Position numbers and translations under genes: made by a program
Shown here: positions 9,975 through 22,250 of the stretch, piece after piece
Layout of the letters: the number at the start of each line of letters is the position of its first letter
Numbering within the stretch: position 1 is the first letter of the stretch
The notes under the pieces: generated by a model
The model's input: only the letters and a program-made list of their open reading frames with translations
What the model was told of the DNA's origin: nothing
Database searches by the model: none
From: Mobula hypostoma
Lineage: Eukaryota
Assembly (NCBI RefSeq): GCF_963921235.1
Contig: NC_086097.1
Location: forward strand, 84,446,001 to 84,510,000
Length of the DNA stretch: 64,000 nucleotides
Direction: 5' to 3'

Positions 9975-12965
9975 AAGAGATAATAGGTAAATTAAACTGT
10001 GGCTGCCTGCCATTCTTTGCTGTAGAGGTTAGTGGTAACAGAAACTGAAAGAGAAGGAGGAACTTGAACAAAATTACAGTCAGAATGGCAGTGATTCTGA
10101 GCAAACTGTTGGAGCTGAGGGCTGATAAGTCTTCTAGCCGAGATGGACTTCGTTCTGTGGTCTGAAGTGAAGTGTCTAGTGAATTGTTCATGAATAGATC
10201 TTTATTTACTCAATCCCTTAGATCCCGCTAAAGATCCCTTGGATTAGAAAGTAGCAAATTAAACTTCTTCATTGAAAAAAGGAGGCCAAGCAGAAAATGG
10301 GAAATGATGATTGGCTTATTTAAACTGGTTTGTTGTTGACACGTAGACTGAGGTACAGTGGAGAACTTGTCTTGCAAGTCCAATAACAGAGGGCAGAAGG
10401 TGCAAGGCAGATGGTGAGGTCAGGAGTCCATCTTATTGTTCAATAAGGCAGTGAGATAGAAGCTTGTCCTTCAGCCCGGTGGTGTGTGCCTCCTTCAGGA
10501 TTTTTCTATCTTCTGCCCAGTGGAAGAGGGGAGGAGAGAGACTGTCTAGGGTTTTTGATATTATTTTGGCTGCTTTAACACGGCAGTGAGAAGTGTAAAT
10601 GGAGTCAATGGAGGAGAGGCTGGTTTCCATGACAGACTGAACTATGTGCACAGCACTGCGGTTTCTTCCAGTTACGTGCGTAGCAGTTCTCGTATCAAGC
10701 TGTTGAGCATCCAGACAGGATGCTCTCTATGGTGCAACAATTAAAAATTGGTCTGTCAAAGGTAATGTGCCACATCTCTTTAGACTTCTGCGGAAGTAGA
10801 GGCGCTGGTGAGCTTTCTCGGCTGTAGCGTCAATACTCTTGGACTAGGGCAGTCTGTTGGTGATGTTCACTCCTAGAACTTGAGGTTCTCAACCCTCTCC
10901 GTTCCCCGTCCTGGAGTCAATGACCAGTTCTTTTGTTTTGCTGACATTGAGGAAAATATTCTTGTGATGATACCATGCTACTCGGCTCCCTATCTCCTTC
11001 TTGTATACTCTGACTCATCATTATTTCAGATATGGCCCACTGCGGTGGCTTCATCTGCAAACTCACAGAATCTGGCCGCACAATCGCAAGTGTATAGGGA
11101 GTGGAGTAGGGGGCTGTGGATACAGCCTTGTGGGGATAATCACAATAGAGGAGTTGCTGCCTATCATTACTGAGGCAAAGGTTGGTGATGAGACCCAGGT
11201 CCAGGGGTTTGGAGGTGAATTGGCTTGGAACTATGGTACTGGAGGCAAGCAGCAGTCAGTAATTAATAGTACAGCATAGGTATCTTTACTGTCTAGATGC
11301 TCAAGGGATGAGTGTAGGACCAGGGAGGTGGTGTCTGTGTAGACCTATTTTGTCAGTAGGTGAATTGCAGTGGGTAGAGGTTGTCTGGGAGGCTGGAGTT
11401 AACGTGTAGCAGGACCAGCCTCGTTAAGCACTTCATGATGGCATGTCAAAGCCATTGCATGGTAGTCATTAATGACATTACCATGCTTCTCTTGGGCACT
11501 GGGATGATCTTGGTCTTCTTAATGTGGGTGGGAACCTCAGATTGAAGCAGGGAGATATTCCCGTCAGCTGATCTGCACAGCACCTAAAGACACAACCCAC
11601 AAACACCATCAGGGCCATATGCTTTCGACAAGTTACACTCCGGAGACTGATCTTACATCCACAAAGGTGACTGGCGGTTCAGATGCATTGGATTTTGTCA
11701 GGATGTGCTGTTGGTGATGATGCTGTCTGACTTTGTCTTGTAGCCTGAGATAGGGTAGTATGTAACCCCACCCCGCACAACTGACAGTTGAGCTGAGACT
11801 CCATTTTGGGCTGGTATTGTCCCCCGATAGCTTAACAAACGTTGTATATCAATTTCTTGTAAAGGTCAATGTTATTGGAATCTTTTGGTGGAAAATGTAC
11901 TGTGGAATGTTGCTTATCTTGTATATCAATTTATATTTGGATTTCCAGAAAGTATTTGATGAGGTCAGAAGTTATGAAAGAACGCTTTCTAGGAATGAAC
12001 ATCAAGCATTTTCTGGCTACCAGGAAAGGATGTGGGCATTAATTGGTCTTTTTCTGGTTGTCGGGGCATAACAACTGGTTCAATGCTGGGTCTCGATGCT
12101 TTACAATTTCTATAAATGAGTGAAGGCGCTGACTAGTAAGTTGTGAAGAAAACATGAGGCTAAAAGTGACTTGGATGAATAAAGTGAGTGAGCAAAGGTC
12201 AGGCAAATGTGAAACAGTTCTTTTTAGCAGCAGAGTCAAATACTGTATTATCTGAATGGTGGGCAATGCAAAGTGATGGGTGTCATAATGCATGATTTAC
12301 AAAAAACTGGTACACAAGTACATCCAGCAGTTAGGAAATCTAGCAGGATGTTGTTATTTCTGGGGAAATGAATGGTTCAATTGTGTAGGAACTGGTAAGG
12401 TGGTCTGTATACAGTAATAGTCTCCACATTCAGAGGAGGATGTTAAGGCATTGGAAGAGTTCAAGAAAGGTTTACTAGATTGATACCGGAAGTGGATTGT
12501 TGTCCTGTAAGAAAAGGTTGGACAGACTTGATTCATCCTTTGGAATTCAAAAGAGTGAAAGGGTACTGGATTGAAACAAGTGATCTTGAAGGGCTTTGTC
12601 AAGATGGATTTGGAGAGGATGTTTCCTTGTGGGGAAAATCTAAAATTTGGGTCAGTACTTAAGAATAAGAGGTCACCCTTTTTTAAAGCAGAATTTTATT
12701 TTCTCCGAGGTTTGGTAAACTCTTCTTAAAGAAGATAGCGCTGTGCTAGTAACAGCTCGTTGCTGTAAAAGGGTGCAGAAACAGAATATTCAAATATTTT
12801 AAGACCACTGGAGGGATTGATGAGCAAGGGGGGAGATGAAAGGTTACCATGGGTAGGTGTGGATGGAGAACTGAGGTTACAAATCAGATCAGCCATGATC
12901 TTACGTAATTGGCAGAGCAATTTCGGGGGATTTAGCAGCCTCTTCTTACTCCTAATATTAACTTG
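9975..12965 (+). mobile_element. Old CR1 LINE split by Rex1; pieces ~9975-10309 and ~11824-12965
   Basis: KLLELRADKS..DGL and KKGG-Q..GN-like motifs before the insertion. After it: SLTNVV, YLDFQKVFD and a CR1-like 3' UTR. Confidence 0.75.
10310..11790 (-). mobile_element. Rex1/Babar LINE, decayed
   Basis: Collinear with 2779-4366, including SIYTSHCRVKAAKII and the ALT..MKC..RLV region. Tail is ctggtttgttgttgacac..gaggtacagtg. Confidence 0.8.
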
Positions 12966-13364
12966 TCTTGGGAACATATTGGAAAATAGGATTGCTGCAG
13001 TTTATAATAATTGACCTATCTGAAAAACAAAAGCAACAGGGCTGACTTCCTTTTATTTACATAATGTGGATCCTACTCCAGTTTTCAATCTGCCATTGGG
13101 CCTTTAACATGCTGAAATCTACTAAATTAAGATTTACCTCCACTAAAGACTTAAGTATATAATACGGAAGTCAATTATCTAATTAAGTTGGGAACTTTGA
13201 AATTTAAAAAAAAAATTATTTAATTAACTTTTATTGCATCTTTTAAGCTTTTTATTTCCATACTGAGAAGGGAAAACAGTTTCTTACTAATGTCACTGCT
13301 GAGCTACTGCTCTGAGATGTGTATGGGTTTGAAATGTTGGTTGACCTCCATTCAGGAAAATACT

Positions 13365-14030
13365 TCCAAAGTCAAAGATGAGTTTGTTGTCATGTGCACA
13401 GATGTACTGGAAATCTTCCTTGCAGCAGCATCGCAGGCATATAGCATCAAAGACACAGCATTCACAATAGAAACATAAATTATTCAAGAAATGACAGAAT
13501 TAGAACAAAACCAATGGCTATTTTAGTGACACACATCAAAGTTGCTGGTGAGCGCAGCAGGCCAGGCAGCATCTCTAGGAAGAGGTACAGTCGCCTTTTC
13601 AGGCCGAGACCCTTCTTCAGGACTAACTGAAGGAAGAGCTAGTAAGAGATTTGAAAATGGGAGGGGGAGATCCAAAATCTTTAGAGGTAGAAACAGGAAG
13701 TGCGAGGTGTGGGAACTATTAAGTTTGGTAGCAGTGGATGGGAGATCCCCGAGCGGATAAAGTCGGTGATGGTGTGGGAGACAATGGCCAGGTGCTCCTT
13801 AGTGGGGTCATGATCAAGGGGTAAATAAGAGGAGGTATCCTCTAAGAGCTATTTTAGTGAAATGTGGCCAGAGTTTTGATATAGTAAGATAGTGATTAGG
13901 GATCAAGAACTGAATGAAGAGAAGTAGATGTTCTTGAACTTGAAGGGGTGGGATTTCAGGATTCTGCATTCCCTGCCCAATGGTAGTTGCAAAAGATGGC
14001 GTGGCCCAGATGGTAGGCATACTTGATGAT
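13365..14030 (-). mobile_element. Rex1-like 3' end, interrupted by a Penelope-like insertion
   Basis: Tail aaagtcaaagatgagtttgttgtc..ttgcagcagcatc. Resumes after 13860 with ttcttgaac..ttcagg..cctgcccaatggtag, as in the other Rex1 3' ends. Confidence 0.65.
13530..13847 (-). mobile_element. Internally deleted Penelope-like element (RT fragment joined to terminal region)
   Basis: Perfect 13-bp TSD gctattttagtga (13517-13529, 13848-13860). Minus strand ~13838-13685 reads (with frameshift) DTSSYLPLDHDPTKEHLAIVSHTITDFIRSG..IVPTPRTSCFYL, the region preceding the PLE RT LPKIHK motif. Mutated hammerhead at 13588-13625. Confidence 0.88.
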
Positions 14031-14289
14031 AGATGTTATCAACTTGTGGTATCTCAGCACATAACTGTTTATGTGCTTGTAAAATCAATGTAAAACTGCA
14101 TTTACAACCATGTCAGTACGAAAAAAAGAAAACTCAGCAGTTTGTGTAGAGTAAGGAACAGTTCCTGGTGAATGACAGTGGTGTGAAAGAAACACATAAA
14201 GGTTAGTCAATATCTTTGATTCTGCTCATCTTAGACAGTCCAGATTGTTACATTTTTAAGCCCATTCATAAGATATGGCAAGGCATGTA

Positions 14290-15030
14290 CTACCATTTAC
14301 TGAGGACTGGGCTGCTGGCCTATTTCAGAGAACAAACCATCTGTACTGTAGTGTGCCTGAAATTACACTGGGAGTCTCAGGTAGAGAAGGGCAGATTTCC
14401 TCTCGTGTAAGGTACTCATGAACCAGGGAGGATTTTGTGATGATTTAAAGGTTCAAAGGTTCATTTTATTGTCAAAGTATGCATGTACAATACAACTCTG
14501 ATATCTGTCTTCTCCAGATAGCCATGAAATACAGACAAGCCATAGGAGTTGTTGAAAGAAAAAACATCAACTACCCCCCAGCACAAAATAGAAAAGAAAC
14601 AAAACTTGCAAATCTCAAAACCCCCACTCCCTCCCTCACAGAACAAAATAGCAACAATAGCATCAAATCCCCCCACTCTCTCCCCGGAGAAGAAAAGGCA
14701 ATGACAATAGCATCAAATCCCCGTCCCCCTTCACCACAGAGAAAACGGAAACAGCAACAATAACATCAAACCTCTGACCCCCTCACTCGCAGAAAAGAAC
14801 AGCGACACTAACATCAAAACTCCCAACCCCCCCACACACAAAAAACTAACAGATCAGCCACAACACCAGAAAACTGAAGGAGACCAATGTAAAGTGTAGT
14901 CCAATAATCACCTAGATCTCAGAATGTCAAAAACATCTTCCAGTCAGTTCCAATATTATCAAAACAAAACTTTAAATTCCAGGTTTACTTCTTAATTGAA
15001 TTTACATTCCTCAGCTTTTGTGGTGGGATT
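14290..15030 (-). mobile_element. Old tRNA-headed SINE (same family as the head at 50241), split by an insertion at 14447-14940
   Basis: ggcagatttcc..tcatgaaccag before the insertion and aattgaatttacattcctcagc..gtggtgggatt after it match the reverse complement of the 50241-50530 region. Confidence 0.55.
14447..14940 (-). mobile_element. Non-autonomous retroposon with Rex1-like tail and 4 internal ~55-bp repeats
   Basis: Tail aaaggttcaaaggttcattttattgtcaaag. Repeated agcaacaatagcatcaaatcccc-like units at ~14650, 14700, 14753, 14801. Confidence 0.65.
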
Positions 15031-15054
15031 CCTAATTCTACATATAACTAGTTG

Positions 15055-15510
15055 TAGAGTCACAGCGTAATACAGCAGGGAATCAGGCACTTCAGCCTAA
15101 CTAGTTAATGCAGACCACAATGTTCTCCCTGCTGGTCCCAGTTGCCTATGTTTGACCCATAAGTCTCCAAGCCTTTCCCCTCCCTGTACTTATCTGAATG
15201 CATCCTAAATGTTGCAATGTACCCACCTCAACCACTTCTTCTGGCAGATCATTCCTTCTGGCACTCACTACCTTCTGTGCAAAAAGTTATCCCTCAGGAC
15301 TCTTTTAAATCTCTCCCCTCTTGTATCTCTCCCTTCTACTTTTGAAGTCTCCATCCCTGAGAAAAACTATGATTATCTATACCCCTCAGAATTTTATAAG
15401 CTTCTTTGAGGTCACCCCTCACTCTCCTATGCGCCAAAAAATAAAGATCCAGTGTGGCCAACCTTTCCGTATAACTCAGGACCTCTGGTCCAGGCTGTAT
15501 CCTCGTAAAT
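15055..15510 (-). mobile_element. CR1 3' fragment
   Basis: Collinear with the 3' end of the CR1 at 18995 (tacagcagggaatcaggc..ctctgg..atcattcc). Confidence 0.75.
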
Positions 15511-16246
15511 TAGGAAACATTGCCGTCACTGGTAAAAGTTGTTCAAAGCAAAATGCTTGTTTACTCACTGTGTGTAAAGACAGATTTAGGAAATAACTCA
15601 GCAGTCAACATGAAATATCATTCTTTTGCATGTAGTCACCAAAAAAGCATCTTACAGTGTATAGACAGGACCAATGTGAAATGTGTTTCAGATTATGGGC
15701 GAGCAAAACACAGTGGCAAACACCAGATTGCTGGCGTCTCTAACTGCTTGACCTTGTTATTACATTGCTTCAGTCTAGGCCTTGTGGTGAAAGGATAAGA
15801 TGCTAATTAAGTTTCATGCAGTTAGTTGAATTTGGCACTTTCAGGCAACAGTAAAGCAGAGATGGGAATTCTCCTCAACAATTTTATTGTAAATGTTCAG
15901 ACTTTGATCATCAGTAATGACTACAATTTGTGCAGTGATTGGTAAAACATGGCACAAAGTCTTGATAACAAGCCGACAAGTAAAAATATGTACTGTCCAT
16001 TTCGTTTAAAGGAAACCTGTTGAGGGAATGGAGTTTTATTCTTTTCTTTCACAATGCATAGAACAAGTGATTTGCTTTAATTCATGTGTTTCTGGGAAGA
16101 TAAATTTCCACATGTTTTTCATTTCTGATAAAAAAAAATTAAAAACAAAGGTGAACTTGTTTGTGCAGCATTTTTCTGGTATTTGGGCAGAGCAAGATTG
16201 TTACTGTCAAAGCAATCCTTTTAAAAAGGATTTTTACAGAGCAGCC

Positions 16247-16474
16247 CACACAAAATGCTGGACGAACTTGGCAGATCAGGCAGCATCTTTGGAAATGAAT
16301 ATACAGTCAACAATTTGGGAGTTCAGTGAGACCCTCCCTCTCTGCTCCCCCTCTGTGCTTCCGAAACCTCAGCTGTTTATTCATTTCCATTGATGTTGCC
16401 TGACCTGCTGAGTTCCTCCAGCATTTTGAGTGCATTGCTCTGGATTTCCGGCATCTGCAGAATGGCTTGTGTTC
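16247..16474. mobile_element. Penelope-like terminal remnant, two inverted arms
   Basis: acacaaaatgctgga..cagtcaac (16248-16311) is inverted relative to ccgaaacctcagctg..ccagcattttg (16361-16428), followed by the tail gcatctgcagaat. Confidence 0.75.
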
Positions 16475-16841
16475 ATGATTCACTACCGTTTTTACCCCAA
16501 GGTTATCCATTTATTCAAACTTAATTTCCCCAGCTGCTGTGACGGAATTTCTACGCTGGTTGTCTGGTTGTCACACCAGGTCTCCATTAAAAGTTTCTCT
16601 GCTACGGGACCGTGCAAAAGCTAGGAATTGTCTGTACTCTTGTTGGGTATAGCTTGCATAGTTGCTTTTTCCCCCAGTATTTAGCCACTGTTCATTTAGG
16701 AGCTTTAATAATACATCAGCAAGCTGGTTCAAAAATAGGAACTGTCAAGAACCTCTGAATTTCCCTCTTGCTAAGGTCTACATTGATGTTATAGAGCTTT
16801 TCAATCACCATTATCAATGCTTCTGTGTCCTCTGTCAATAA

Positions 16842-17613
16842 CACTGGACAACAAAAGTGTTGCTTCCTCAGAATTTTTTTTTTTTGTTTACAATAGAATG
16901 CTTGAAGCTGAACATAATTTCAGATTACTTGTATATTGTAGGAATTTGGATAAACAAAAGACTTGACTTTTATTGAATATATTGTGTTTAATTGCATAAC
17001 AGTGCTGACGCTTTGCAGTAGATCAACTAAGCTAAAAATGTTTTGTTGATGGTTTTCATTTGTCATCAGTGTCTGAGGCTTCTTGCTTAAGTGTCCAACA
17101 ATAATCAGCTAGCATTGATGGATTCCAGTTGCTCTGATATCGTTTCTGCGTGACTGCAATGTCCTGGTGAAATCTTTAACCATGCTCGTCACTGACAGTG
17201 CTATGATTTGCAGGGAAGAAGCCTAAATGGGAATGCAAAAAATGAGTCTTTAAAGACATGTTGCATTTAATGGTTTTGAATACTTGAAGCATGTTGGCAA
17301 CAAGCTGCACGTAGATTGGTGCTCTGTAGTCGCTAAGAAATTTTTCAACAACGTCCTTGAATGCCTTCCATGCAATTTTCTCCAGTCGCACTAGAGGTTC
17401 TTTGTTGACCTTTTTGTATTGTGGCTCTACAAAAATGCCTTCCTTAATTTTGTCATCAGTTATTCTGACTTGAATTATGAATTGAAGTAACAAATATAGG
17501 TGAAAGTGGTGTGTGAAAGGGAAATTTCATGGTGATTTTCATGATCAGCAACCCAAAATCCATAAGATACACCCTAAAGTAATCAGGAAGCAAAATCTTT
17601 TTTTTGTCTAGTA
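16842..17613 (-). mobile_element. Chapaev3-type (CMC) DNA transposon deletion derivative
   Basis: TIRs cactggacaacaaaag..ttgcttcct (from 16842) and aggaagcaaaatc(t)ngtctagta (to 17613). TAA on both flanks (16839-16841, 17614-17616). Transposase C-terminus KIKEGIFV..AWKAFKDVVEKFL..MSLKTHFLHSHL.FFP..VSDEHG*RFHQDI..KRYQ.NWNPSMLADYCW. Confidence 0.85.
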
Positions 17614-18910
17614 TAACGGGACAACCAGCTGACATTTAAACTTTATTATCTCTTTCCTTCCTAGGTAGCAGTGTGGGAGGCCTCTCAAGTGGAAGACGAC
17701 AAGGAGCAAATCCCTTCAGTAAGTTGCTGCTTCTCTCATAGGGACTGGGATCTGACTCCTGGGGATGGGTGGTTGACAAGTGCAGAGGAGAACCCACAGG
17801 GTCAAAGTCCAGGGTTGCCCTGATACCCTGCTGAATGCCCCACTGCAGCACACCGATATGCTGTAGAGGGCTTGGTCTCAGGAGCCGAACACGTGCATTG
17901 TAATTTAAAAAGACATTTCGCTGGGGTGTGCACTCTGTGCCAGGTTCTGCGAATGCTCTGGCAGTGAGATGGGCATCTCATTGCTGCTTGGCTCTGTGTG
18001 GAGTCGGTTACCAAGGTAACGCACAGCTTGCTGCAGACGGGAGGGATCCAGGCTGCACCCTATCTGGCATGGCAAGTGTGGACCATTGCAGGCAGCTACT
18101 GCTCCCTGTGTTGCCCGCCCGCCTGGGTCTGAAGGTCCGCTCATCTCATCTACTGTTGGGATGGACGTTGTCTCACTCTCCACCCAGAGGTTCTCCCTCA
18201 AATAATAACATTTAATGGCCAGTGGCCAACATTCAGCTTGAAAAACAAGAAAGCCCTGCAGGTCAGTAAGAGATGGACAGCCGAACAGCAAGGATAGATA
18301 GGAGTTTCCATCTCACCCAAAAGGAAATGATGAGGGAAACTTTAGGACTCGGGTAGTCCTGGTCCCCAGTCGGATTGGCTGGACTGCTCATCATTGTCAG
18401 TCCACCACTAGGGCCTAAAGGCAGCCAGGTCATATTGCCTTGGCGAATTATTTCACACTGATCTCCTTGACCATCTCGTTGCTGCAGGGTGTCAGCACAG
18501 AGGTGAGCCTCCTTGCAGGTTCCCATCTCGGCATGACCACCAGTTCCCATACTTCTTTCCATAGGCACTATTCCTATTAGTGCCCTCCCATTACTGGAAA
18601 AACACCTTGTGTGCTAAGAATGGTACTGGTGTATTTTGTTCACATACTTAGCCCTTCCAAGAAAAGTGGTGTTACAGGATTTTGTAGCTGCTGCTAAATT
18701 GCCACGGTCTGCTGAGGCTGACCGTTAAGTGGACAGAACTAATTCTTTTCTCTTAAGCTAGATCTATGGAAATGATTATCCCCAAGCTTCATTGTAATGG
18801 CTGTCATTTGCACTGTATGTCGGGTATCACTTCACAGGAGGGAGAATGGGGGCAGTGAGAGACAGAAATTCTTGGTACGGGGGGAAACAAGGACAGATCA
18901 GAATATGCAA

Positions 18911-18994
18911 TGCACAAAATGCTGGAAGAACTCACCCAGCAAACCAGGCAGCCTCTGTGGAGGTCAATAAACAATCGACGTCTTGGGCCAAGAC
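18911..18994 (-). mobile_element. Penelope-like terminal remnant, truncated at the adjacent CR1
   Basis: cacaaaatgctggaagaactc..caatcgacgtcttgggccaagacc matches the other copies. Confidence 0.7.
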
Positions 18995-20753
18995 CGTAGA
19001 AAACCATAGAAAAACTACAGCACAGAAACAGGCCTTTTGGCCCTTCTTGGCTGTGCCGAACTATTTTCTGCCTAGTCCCACTGACCTGCACATGGACCAT
19101 ATCCCTCCATACACCTCCCATCCATGTATCTGTCCAATTTATTCTTAAACATTAAAAAAGAACCCGCATTTACCACCTCGTCTGGCAGCTCATTCCATAC
19201 TCCCGCCACTCTCTGTGTGAAGAAGACCCCCAATGTTCCCTTTAAACTTTCCCCCCCCCTCACCCTTAACCCATGTCCTCTGGTTTTTTTTCTCCCCTTG
19301 TCTCAGTGGAAAAAGCCTGCTTGCATTCGCTCTATCTATACCCATCATAATTTTATATACCTCTATCAAATCTCCCCTCATTCTTCTACGCTCCAGGGAA
19401 TAAAGTCCTAACCTATTCAACCTTTCTCTGTAACTAAGTTTCTCAAGTCCTGGCAACATCCTTGTAAACCTTCTCTGCACTCTTTCAACCTTATTTATAT
19501 CCTTCCTGTAATTTGGTGACCAAAACTGAACACAATACTCCAGATTCAGCCTCACCAATGCCTTTTACAACCTCATCATAACATTCCAGCTCTTATACTC
19601 AATATTTTGATTAATAAAGGCCAATGTACCAAAAGCTCTCTTTACGACCCTATCTACCTGTGACGCCACTTTTAGGGAATTTTGTATCTGTATTCCCAGG
19701 TCCCTCTGTTCTACTGCACTCCTCAGTGCCTTACCATTAACCCTGTATGTTCTACCTTGGTTTGTCCTTCCAACGTGCAATACCTCACACTTGTCTGTAT
19801 TAAACTCCATCTGCCATTTTTCAGCCCATTTTTCCAGCTGGTCCAAGTCCGTCTGCAGGCTCTGTAAACCTTCCTCACTGTCTACTACACCTCCAATCTT
19901 TGTATCATCAGCAAATTTGCTGATCCAATTTACCACATTATCATCCAGATCATTGATATAGATGACAAATAACAATGGACCCAGCACTGATCCCTGCGGC
20001 ACACCACTAGTCACAGACTCCACTCGGAGGAGCAATTCCGAGTGGAGTCTGTGACTAGTGGTGTGCCGCAGGGATCAGTGCTCTTTGGCTTCTTCCATTG
20101 AGCCAATGTCTAATCCCATTTACCACCTCTCCATGTATACCTAGCGACTGAATTTTCCTAACTAACCTCCCATGCGGGACGTTGTCAAAGGCCTTACTGA
20201 AGTCCATGTAGACAATATCCACTGCCTTCCCTTCATCCACTTTCCTGGTAACCTCCTCGAAAAACTCCAATAGATTGGTCAAACATGACCTACCACGTAC
20301 AAAGCCATGTTGACTCTCCCTAATAAGTCCCTGTCTATCCAAATGCTTGTAGATTCTGTCTCTTAGTACTCCCTCCAATAACTTACCTATTACCGACGTC
20401 AAACTTACCAGCCTATAACTTCCCGGATTACTTTTCGATCCTTTTTTAAACAACGGAACAACATGAGCCACTCTCCAATCCTCCGGCACCTTACCTGTAG
20501 ACAGCGACATTTTAAATATTTCTGCCAGGGCCCCTGCAATTTCAACACTAGTCTCCTTCAAGGTCCGAGGGAACACTCTGTCAGGTCCCGGGGATTTATC
20601 CACTTTAATTTTCCTCAAGACAGCAAGCACCTCCTCCTTTTCAATCTGTACAGTTTCCATGATCTCACTACTTGTTTCCCTTAATTCCATAGACTTCATG
20701 TCAGTTTCCTTAGTAAATACAGATGCAAAAAACCTATTTAAGATCTCCCCCAT
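18995..20753 (-). mobile_element. Young CR1 LINE, 5'-truncated (RT domain to 3' UTR)
   Basis: Long ORFs: KSPGPD..PEDWRVAHVVPLFKKG, QHGFVRGRSCLTNL, MDFSKAFD, SGVPQGSVLGPLLF, KFADDTK, LEYCVQFWSP. Tail (catagaaaa)-type at 18995-19015. Confidence 0.97.
19983..20082. repeat. Perfect 46-bp inverted repeat with 8-bp spacer inside CR1
   Basis: 19983-20028 is the exact reverse complement of 20037-20082. Confidence 0.97.
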
Positions 20754-21778
20754 AAGAATATGTTGTAGTTAAGGGTTTTATGAAGGAGAGACAAGTGATA
20801 AAGTGCAGTACTTTAGGTTAGAGGTTTTCAGTATGGAGACATGGTGACTGGAAGAGTAATGTAGGTGATTATGGGATAGGAGAACAGGTGCATTGTTGGC
20901 CCACGTGAAAAGGGAGAGAGAATGCAGGAAGTCCAATGGTGAAGTACACTTGGGAGGATGGAAGGTCCAAATGGGGACACTTATCCACCAGTCATCCATA
21001 TATTTAATCAAACTGAAAATCAGAAAATCTTTCGAAGTAACCAAAGCAACGTGGCTAACAAATCTGCAACAGTATCTGTTTTGGAGAAGTAATTAAGAGC
21101 TAGATCAATCGCACTGAATCCACTGCTTCATTCTTGCTGGTATCTTCAACTCCCTGTTTCCCAAGAACCGATATGACAGGGGACAGAGTCTGCAGAAATG
21201 GAAATGTTTCATTGCTGCTATAATGTTTTTGTAACCTCTCGATGGTTTGTTCAAAACCTAAACACCAGATAAGAACTGAGGGGAAAGTGAGTTTAAATTT
21301 AATGCTAAGACGGTGATAGATTAACTGTCAGTGAGAATCAATTAATCCTACTCAAGCAGTTGAAAGAACAAGAAGAAAAAAACAAATAGGAAAATAAAAA
21401 TGGATATTCAAGATCAGAAGGATTTAGGAAATCCTCTATTTCCCTTACTCAGAACATCCAAAACTATCAATGAGTTTAGGTAAAATAAAGGCTGTGTTGA
21501 TGGGACTAGTGGGGAGGTTGGATCATGTGGGATCCTAGGTGAACTAGCTAACTGGATAAGAAAAATGGCTTGGCGGAAGGAGGGTTGTGGAGGGTTGTTA
21601 ATCAGATCGACAGTCTGCAGCCAGTTGTATTCTACAGAGACTGGTGGTGGGTCCACTATTGTTTAGCTTCTATAGTAATGACTTGAATGACAATGCTGTT
21701 AAAGTGCTTAATAGGTTGTGGAAGACTCCAAAATTGATCTGTTTTCAACAGGTATAGATGAGCTGGGGAAGTGGGCCG

Positions 21779-22250
21779 TAAGACCATAAGACATAGGAGT
21801 AGGATTGGGTCTCTCGGCTGCTTCAGCTTGCCTGCCACGCCATCATGGCTGATTTATTATCCTTCTTAACCCAATTATCCTGCCTTCTCCCTGTAACCTT
21901 TGATGTCCTTACTAATCAAGAACCTATCAAACTCCACTTTAAATATACCCAGCTACTTGGCCTCCACAGCTGACTATGACAAGAATTCCACAGATTCACC
22001 ACCCTCTGGCTAAAGACATTAGTCTTCATCTCTGTTCTAAAGGGATGTCCTTGTATTCTGAAACCGTGCCCACTGATGCTAGACCCCCCCCCCACTATTA
22101 GAAACATCCTCTCCACATCACGTCTACCTAGGCCTTCCAATATTCAATGTTTCAATGAGATTCCCCCCTCATTCTTTTAAACTCTTGCGAGCACAGACCA
22201 GAGCCATCAAACACTCCTCTTACATTAACCTTTCATTCTAGGATCATTCA
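21779..22250 (-). mobile_element. CR1 3' fragment
   Basis: Tail taagaccataagacatagg; ORF HPFRTEMK..FSQRVVNLWNS. Confidence 0.85.

Noticed and set aside
19190..20753. Functional reverse transcriptase gene
   Set aside because: 5'-truncated, frameshifted and interrupted by the fold-back.
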